A model generated the notes under the pieces. The model saw nothing but the letters and a program-made list of their open reading frames with translations, was not told where the DNA came from and ran no database searches. A stretch of DNA of 64,000 bases. Origin: an uncultured Elusimicrobia bacterium. Its GTDB lineage: Bacteria > Elusimicrobiota > Elusimicrobia > FEN-1173. Position numbers and translations under genes: made by a program. This document shows positions 59,945 to 64,000 of this stretch, piece after piece; positions within the stretch are counted from its first letter, which is position 1, and every line of letters begins with the position of its first letter. Location: contig CAYZXT010000006.1 of the NCBI GenBank assembly GCA_964482515.1, positions 28,521 through 92,520 on the forward strand, in the 5' to 3' direction.

Positions 59945-60934
59945 ATGGCTCCCGCCAAACCCGTTCCTGTCTCCAAATCCTTCCCCACCCCCCATGTGGT
60001 GGTCAGTCGGTGTCTCGGATTCGATGCCTGCCGATACAATGGAGAGCGCATTCCGGATGATTTCGTTGAAAAATTGCGCCCTCACGTCAAATTCACCACG
60101 GTTTGCCCGGAAATCCAAATCGGCCTCGGAGTTCCCCGCGATCCGATCCATTTGGAACTGATTGAAGGACGCACGCGTCTCGTTCAACCCGCGACCGGGA
60201 AGGACGTCACTGAGGACATGAAGGGCTTCGCCGATTCATTCTTTTCGTCCTTACAGGAGTGCGATGGGTTCATCCTCAAAAGCCGTTCCCCTTCCTGCGG
60301 CCTGCGGGACGTCAAACTGCGGCGGGCGAAGGGCGGACAATCCATCGGCCGGGGATCCGGAATGTTCGGCGAAGAAGTGCTGAAAAGGTTTCCCGCCTGC
60401 GCGATCGAGGATGAGGCCCGGCTCAGCAACAAGCGGATCCGGGAAGATTTCCTCACGCGCCTTTTTCTGTGGGCCCGCTTCCGGCAAGTCCGGAAAAGCG
60501 GCTCCATGCGTGCGCTCATTCACTTTCACGCCGACCACAAACTTCTGCTGATGGCTTATCATCCGAAGGAGCTTTCCCTCCTCGGGAACATCGTCGCCAA
60601 CCGGGAAAAGCAAAATCCCGCGGAGGTTATCGCCGCGTATGGATCCCGTCTCGGGACCGCCGTGTCAGCGCCGCCCACAACCGGACGCAACGTGAACGTT
60701 CTCATGCACGCATTCGGGTACGTTTCCAACGACCTGAAACCCGCCGAAAGGATCCATTTCCTCTCGGCCCTGGAAGAATACCGTCGCCGGCGTTTGCCGC
60801 TCTCCGCGCTCCTGGGTATTTTCCAGTCCTGGCTGGCCCGATTCGAACCGGCTTACCTGCAGACCCAGGCTTTCTTTTTTCCTTTTCCCTCCGAACTTGC
60901 GGACATTCAGGATTCGGGCAAAGACCGCCTGTAA
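59945..60934 (+). CDS. DUF523 (TudS-like) + DUF1722 (YbgA-like) fusion protein
   Basis: The N-terminus VVVSRCLGFDACRYNGE...KSRSPSCG is DUF523-like. The C-terminal half with HFHADHKLLLMAYHP...NVLMHAFGY is DUF1722-like. Confidence 0.75.
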   Translation: MAPAKPVPVSKSFPTPHVVVSRCLGFDACRYNGERIPDDFVEKLRPHVKFTTVCPEIQIGLGVPRDPIHLELIEGRTRLVQPATGKDVTEDMKGFADSFFSSLQECDGFILKSRSPSCGLRDVKLRRAKGGQSIGRGSGMFGEEVLKRFPACAIEDEARLSNKRIREDFLTRLFLWARFRQVRKSGSMRALIHFHADHKLLLMAYHPKELSLLGNIVANREKQNPAEVIAAYGSRLGTAVSAPPTTGRNVNVLMHAFGYVSNDLKPAERIHFLSALEEYRRRRLPLSALLGIFQSWLARFEPAYLQTQAFFFPFPSELADIQDSGKDRL

Positions 60935-60989
60935 TTTCCCGGGCCCGAGGCGCGACTCTGCCTTTGAATTTCTCCGGCTTCCAGTTTGA

Positions 60990-61250
60990 CGTCCCGTACC
61001 CCAAGAATACGCCGAGGAACACCTGCTACAATTGCCGGACACAAAGAACCGGATCATCCTGCTGGGCGAGGATGAACCTTCCGTCAAGCCTTGCGCGCGT
61101 ATTTAAACGCGGAGCATCCGGAGATCAACTTGAACCATGCCAATATCCAGTGGGCCACCCTGAGCGACATGGAAGACGTCATGCTGATCGAGTCGCAACG
61201 AATAACGGTGAAGATCACCGAGGCCTACCGGCAGAGCGCCGGATCCCTAC
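60990..61250 (+). pseudogene. possible decayed gene fragment: protein-like reading split across two frames
   Basis: Frame A, 60990-61103: RPVPQEYAEEHLLQLPDTKNRIILLGEDEPSVKPCARI*. Frame B from 61091: ..AYLNAEHPEINLNHANIQWATLSDMEDVMLIESQRITVKITEAYRQ. There is no convincing start, and frame B runs into the antisense of the next gene. Confidence 0.2.
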
Positions 61251-62470
61251 CAACTCCGCTCGACCGTCAGACAAATCCTCCTCACCGCCTCATCCACCCG
61301 CCATCCCGCGGGGTAGAAAATTCCGTCGCCGATGAAATCCCTCTTCGCGATGGAGCCCGCCAAGAACCAGTGCCAGCGTTCGTCGGGCCGGTAACCCGCG
61401 CCCAGGCTGAAGCGCGTCGTCTCCGCCCGCCGGTCCGCGTAAAAGGGCGCGTAATGGAACCCATACTGCAAACTCCACTTCTCCCCGAGCCGCTGATTGA
61501 CTCCCACGCCGACCTCCGTCACGTCGCGCAGGCGCAACGATGAAATCGCGGCCGTTCCGGTCGATGAAATAACCTCGCGGAAGATCGGCTTTAGAGCGGC
61601 GACGCCCGAAGGGATTTTTCCGTTGACCGCGGCCTGTTGCCAAAAAACATGTTTCACATCCACCGCCAGCTCGACCGTTTTTCCATCATTGGGATGAAAA
61701 TTGAACCCGAGGATGCCCTGGGAAGGCAATTGCCACTGTTCCCCGGAACTCTTCCCTTCGCCCACCGGCGAATCCGCCAACTGGAAACTCCTCTCCACCG
61801 CGACCGCCGGACGATACACCGCGCCGACGTTCAGACTGGCGGACGGACGCCAGCGCACGCCGACCTCGCCGGAAAAACCCCTGTAGCGCGCCGTCTCCTT
61901 CACGTCGAGCGAAGGCGCGCCGTTTAGCGGATATTTTCCGAACCGCAGCGTTTCGCGTCCGATCAATTGATAGGCGTTCAGCTTGACGGACAATTTCGAC
62001 CCGAGCGGGACCGAAATCCCGCTTCCGAGTTTCAAGATTTCGCCGGAACCGGTGAAACGGTTTTCCCCGGCAGGCAGGCCCGTGCTGTTGTAGATCCGAT
62101 AGGATGACCGGGCGTTGAAATCCATGACCGGCGCGGCAAACAGCCGCCATTCCCATTTTCTTTTTTTGAAAGGGAGGACCAACGAGACATTCTCCAGCCG
62201 AAAGCGGCTCTCATCGGCCAAGCGCGTTTGCGCCGCGGACTCCGACCACATCTGGCTCGTACCGACATTCGCCGCCGTCAGCGACAGTATCCGCCGCGGA
62301 CCTTCGGGGTGATAATCCGCAACGCCCGCGCCGCCCATGGCCGCGCTCTTGGCGTTCCCCGGTTCCATCGGGTCGCCGAAGACCCTGACCGCGAAATAGC
62401 TGTCGGCGCGAAGCGCCACGAGTCCCACATAGAAAAATAACCCGGATAGAATGAACCTTTTCATGCGCAT
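61247..62470 (-). CDS. outer-membrane beta-barrel protein, family unassigned (FadL/porin-like?)
   Basis: Signal peptide MRMKRFILSGLFFYVGLVALRA, alternating beta-strand pattern, and a C-terminal aromatic residue (..LTVERSW). The ATG overlaps the upstream TGA by 1 nt. Confidence 0.55.
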   Translation of the reverse strand: MRMKRFILSGLFFYVGLVALRADSYFAVRVFGDPMEPGNAKSAAMGGAGVADYHPEGPRRILSLTAANVGTSQMWSESAAQTRLADESRFRLENVSLVLPFKKRKWEWRLFAAPVMDFNARSSYRIYNSTGLPAGENRFTGSGEILKLGSGISVPLGSKLSVKLNAYQLIGRETLRFGKYPLNGAPSLDVKETARYRGFSGEVGVRWRPSASLNVGAVYRPAVAVERSFQLADSPVGEGKSSGEQWQLPSQGILGFNFHPNDGKTVELAVDVKHVFWQQAAVNGKIPSGVAALKPIFREVISSTGTAAISSLRLRDVTEVGVGVNQRLGEKWSLQYGFHYAPFYADRRAETTRFSLGAGYRPDERWHWFLAGSIAKRDFIGDGIFYPAGWRVDEAVRRICLTVERSW

Positions 62471-64000
62471 CACCCTCCCCACTTGCAGTCCAGCTGGAGG
62501 TGGAATCCCTGCCGGACCGCACCGAAGGCCGACTGTTCCCGGTCCGCCCTGGACGAGCCCGCGGAAAAAAACCTGGATTCTCTCCGGTTGACGTCGTACT
62601 TCAGCCAAAGGTTCCAACTCTTGCCGATCTTCTGTTCGACGATCAAATAGAACCGCGTGCCCGGCGCGCCGCGCAGATCGTTCATGGCGCCGGCCAGGCG
62701 GTTGTAGATCACGCCGTCCCAGATTTCTTCCACGCCCGTGGTCAGGTTCGCGTCGGGCGAATCGAAAGCGTAGAACCGCGCTTTCAAAGTCAGGCCCTCC
62801 GTGGGTTTGTAAAAAGCATCGCCCATCAGGAGCTGCCCGACCGCGCGGGAACCGTCGTCCACGTTTTCCTCCTCCCGCGTTTCATAGCGGAAACGAAGCC
62901 CGGCGGCTTCGCTCCGCCACGACAGCTCGCCGCGGTTGCGGACGGTCCGCTGGCGCGTCGTCAGCATGACGCCGTCCGGGACCGGCGTGCCGAGGCGGTC
63001 TTCCTCCGTGATGAACGTCCGCAGGGTCAAGGCCAGCTCCCGCGTCAAAGCCCAGGTGCCCCGCAGAAAAATCTCCCGCCCCGCGGAAGACGCCACCGGA
63101 AGGCTGCCGTCGCCGCCGCCCAGGCTTTCCGGGAACGACACGGCGCCGTAGTTCGCCTCGCCTTCGAAACGGGGGCCCTGATATTGGAGCCCCGCGGAAC
63201 CGCCGCGCTGGTTGCGCGTCGAATCCGGCAAGAACGCGACGCCCTGGCCGTGCCGCGTAAAAAAATCCGGGTCGTAATCGTAGAAACTCAGCCAAATCTT
63301 CCAGGGGTTCAAATCCAATAACGGCGTCGCGGTCACCGCGCGGGACGCGGTTTCGTTCGCGCCTTCTCCCGAGGGACGAGAGAGCCCCGCCTCGCCGAAC
63401 AGGTTCAACAGGCCAGTGAACAAATCCCAATCGACCCCGGCCATGTCGTTCCGGTTCCCGCGAAAACTTTGCGCCGAGGCGAAGGCGTCGCCGTTGGGAT
63501 CGATCGCGCGGTCGTAGCGGCTGCCGTAGGCCGTCATCCCCATTTTCTGTTTTTGGCCGAACAATAACTCCGCCCGCGCGCCCGCCAATCGCTCGTGTAC
63601 CGCAAGGATGTTCTTCCCTTCGGGGACGTAGCCGTCGCCCGTGAAGGCCCGCAACGAATCCAAATCCTGGGCGACGCGGCCCGTCACGGGATCGACCCGT
63701 AAATCCAAAGGCCTGTCCGAGGCGAAGAAGGAAATCCCCATCCGGCCGAACCGAAGCTCCAGCGCCGCGCCGCGGAGATAGGAATTGAACGAGCTCGTGA
63801 AATCCGGCTCCGAGCCGACGGTCTTCACCTTGACCGGGCGGATGAGCTCGCCCAGCCCGTCGTAAAAAAGCAGCCCCTGCCCGTAGGAGAGCGTGTAGTT
63901 CCCCGCGATGCATTTTTCCAGCGGGCCGAGCCGCGAAAGCTCCAGGGAGCTTTTCGTCATGTGCCGGTCGCCGAGAGACGCAACCGTGACGGGCGGACCG
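62470..64000 (-). CDS. large outer-membrane beta-barrel-like protein, 5' end beyond the window
   Basis: The frame stays open upstream of the track start at 63960 to nt 64000. It is Gly/aromatic-rich with alternating strands (GNYTLSYGQGLLFYDG..., FYLIVEQKIGKSWNLWLKYD). Confidence 0.5.
   Translation of the reverse strand, partial: GPPVTVASLGDRHMTKSSLELSRLGPLEKCIAGNYTLSYGQGLLFYDGLGELIRPVKVKTVGSEPDFTSSFNSYLRGAALELRFGRMGISFFASDRPLDLRVDPVTGRVAQDLDSLRAFTGDGYVPEGKNILAVHERLAGARAELLFGQKQKMGMTAYGSRYDRAIDPNGDAFASAQSFRGNRNDMAGVDWDLFTGLLNLFGEAGLSRPSGEGANETASRAVTATPLLDLNPWKIWLSFYDYDPDFFTRHGQGVAFLPDSTRNQRGGSAGLQYQGPRFEGEANYGAVSFPESLGGGDGSLPVASSAGREIFLRGTWALTRELALTLRTFITEEDRLGTPVPDGVMLTTRQRTVRNRGELSWRSEAAGLRFRYETREEENVDDGSRAVGQLLMGDAFYKPTEGLTLKARFYAFDSPDANLTTGVEEIWDGVIYNRLAGAMNDLRGAPGTRFYLIVEQKIGKSWNLWLKYDVNRRESRFFSAGSSRADREQSAFGAVRQGFHLQLDCKWGG

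Overview
64-kb high-GC bacterial chromosomal segment. Hand-counted 60-nt samples give about 67% GC in typical genes and about 47-50% in AT-richer islets. It is almost fully coding and strongly minus-strand biased. I found no rRNA, tRNA, CRISPR array, transposase or integrase. Most genes are recognisable housekeeping or envelope genes: eno, ftsB-like, phosphohexomutase, glcDEF-like oxidase, comEC, two PAP2 phosphatases, NUDIX, nth, PduO-type adenosyltransferase, ilvD, hpnCDE squalene genes, SWIB protein, folD, panE, two LtaS/sulfatase-like proteins, yajQ, SUI1, mdh and coaX.

The outstanding content is two giant polytopic membrane ORFs, 6285-19853 (-, 4,522 aa) and 44084-49825 (+, ~1,900 aa). 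They share a clearly homologous ~550-aa N-terminal domain of unassigned function, whose motif order recalls the ChaN/TraB/Tiki/erythromycin-esterase hydrolase superfamily. They also share upstream DNA motifs and the same overall layout of N-domain, TM cluster, soluble core, TM cluster and C-terminal domain.

Their central cores are completely different. The larger ORF carries a multi-AAA+ (MoxR/midasin-like) block with two intact P-loops, two HExxH motifs, and four ~255-270-aa tandem modules with near-identical DNA tracts. The smaller ORF carries a NadD-like nucleotidyltransferase plus an HD-like domain. The variable cores are visibly AT-richer than the conserved frames. I regard this pair as the candidate undescribed system.

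Other accessory content includes a low-GC HEPN/MNT toxin-antitoxin islet, a small internally duplicated basic protein, and a few structured or repeat-bearing intergenic regions. All domain calls come from motif reading by eye; no HMM, BLAST or structure search was run. Gene content (hpnCDE, SWIB, giant ORFs) suggests a PVC/Omnitrophota-like uncultivated lineage, but that is only an inference.
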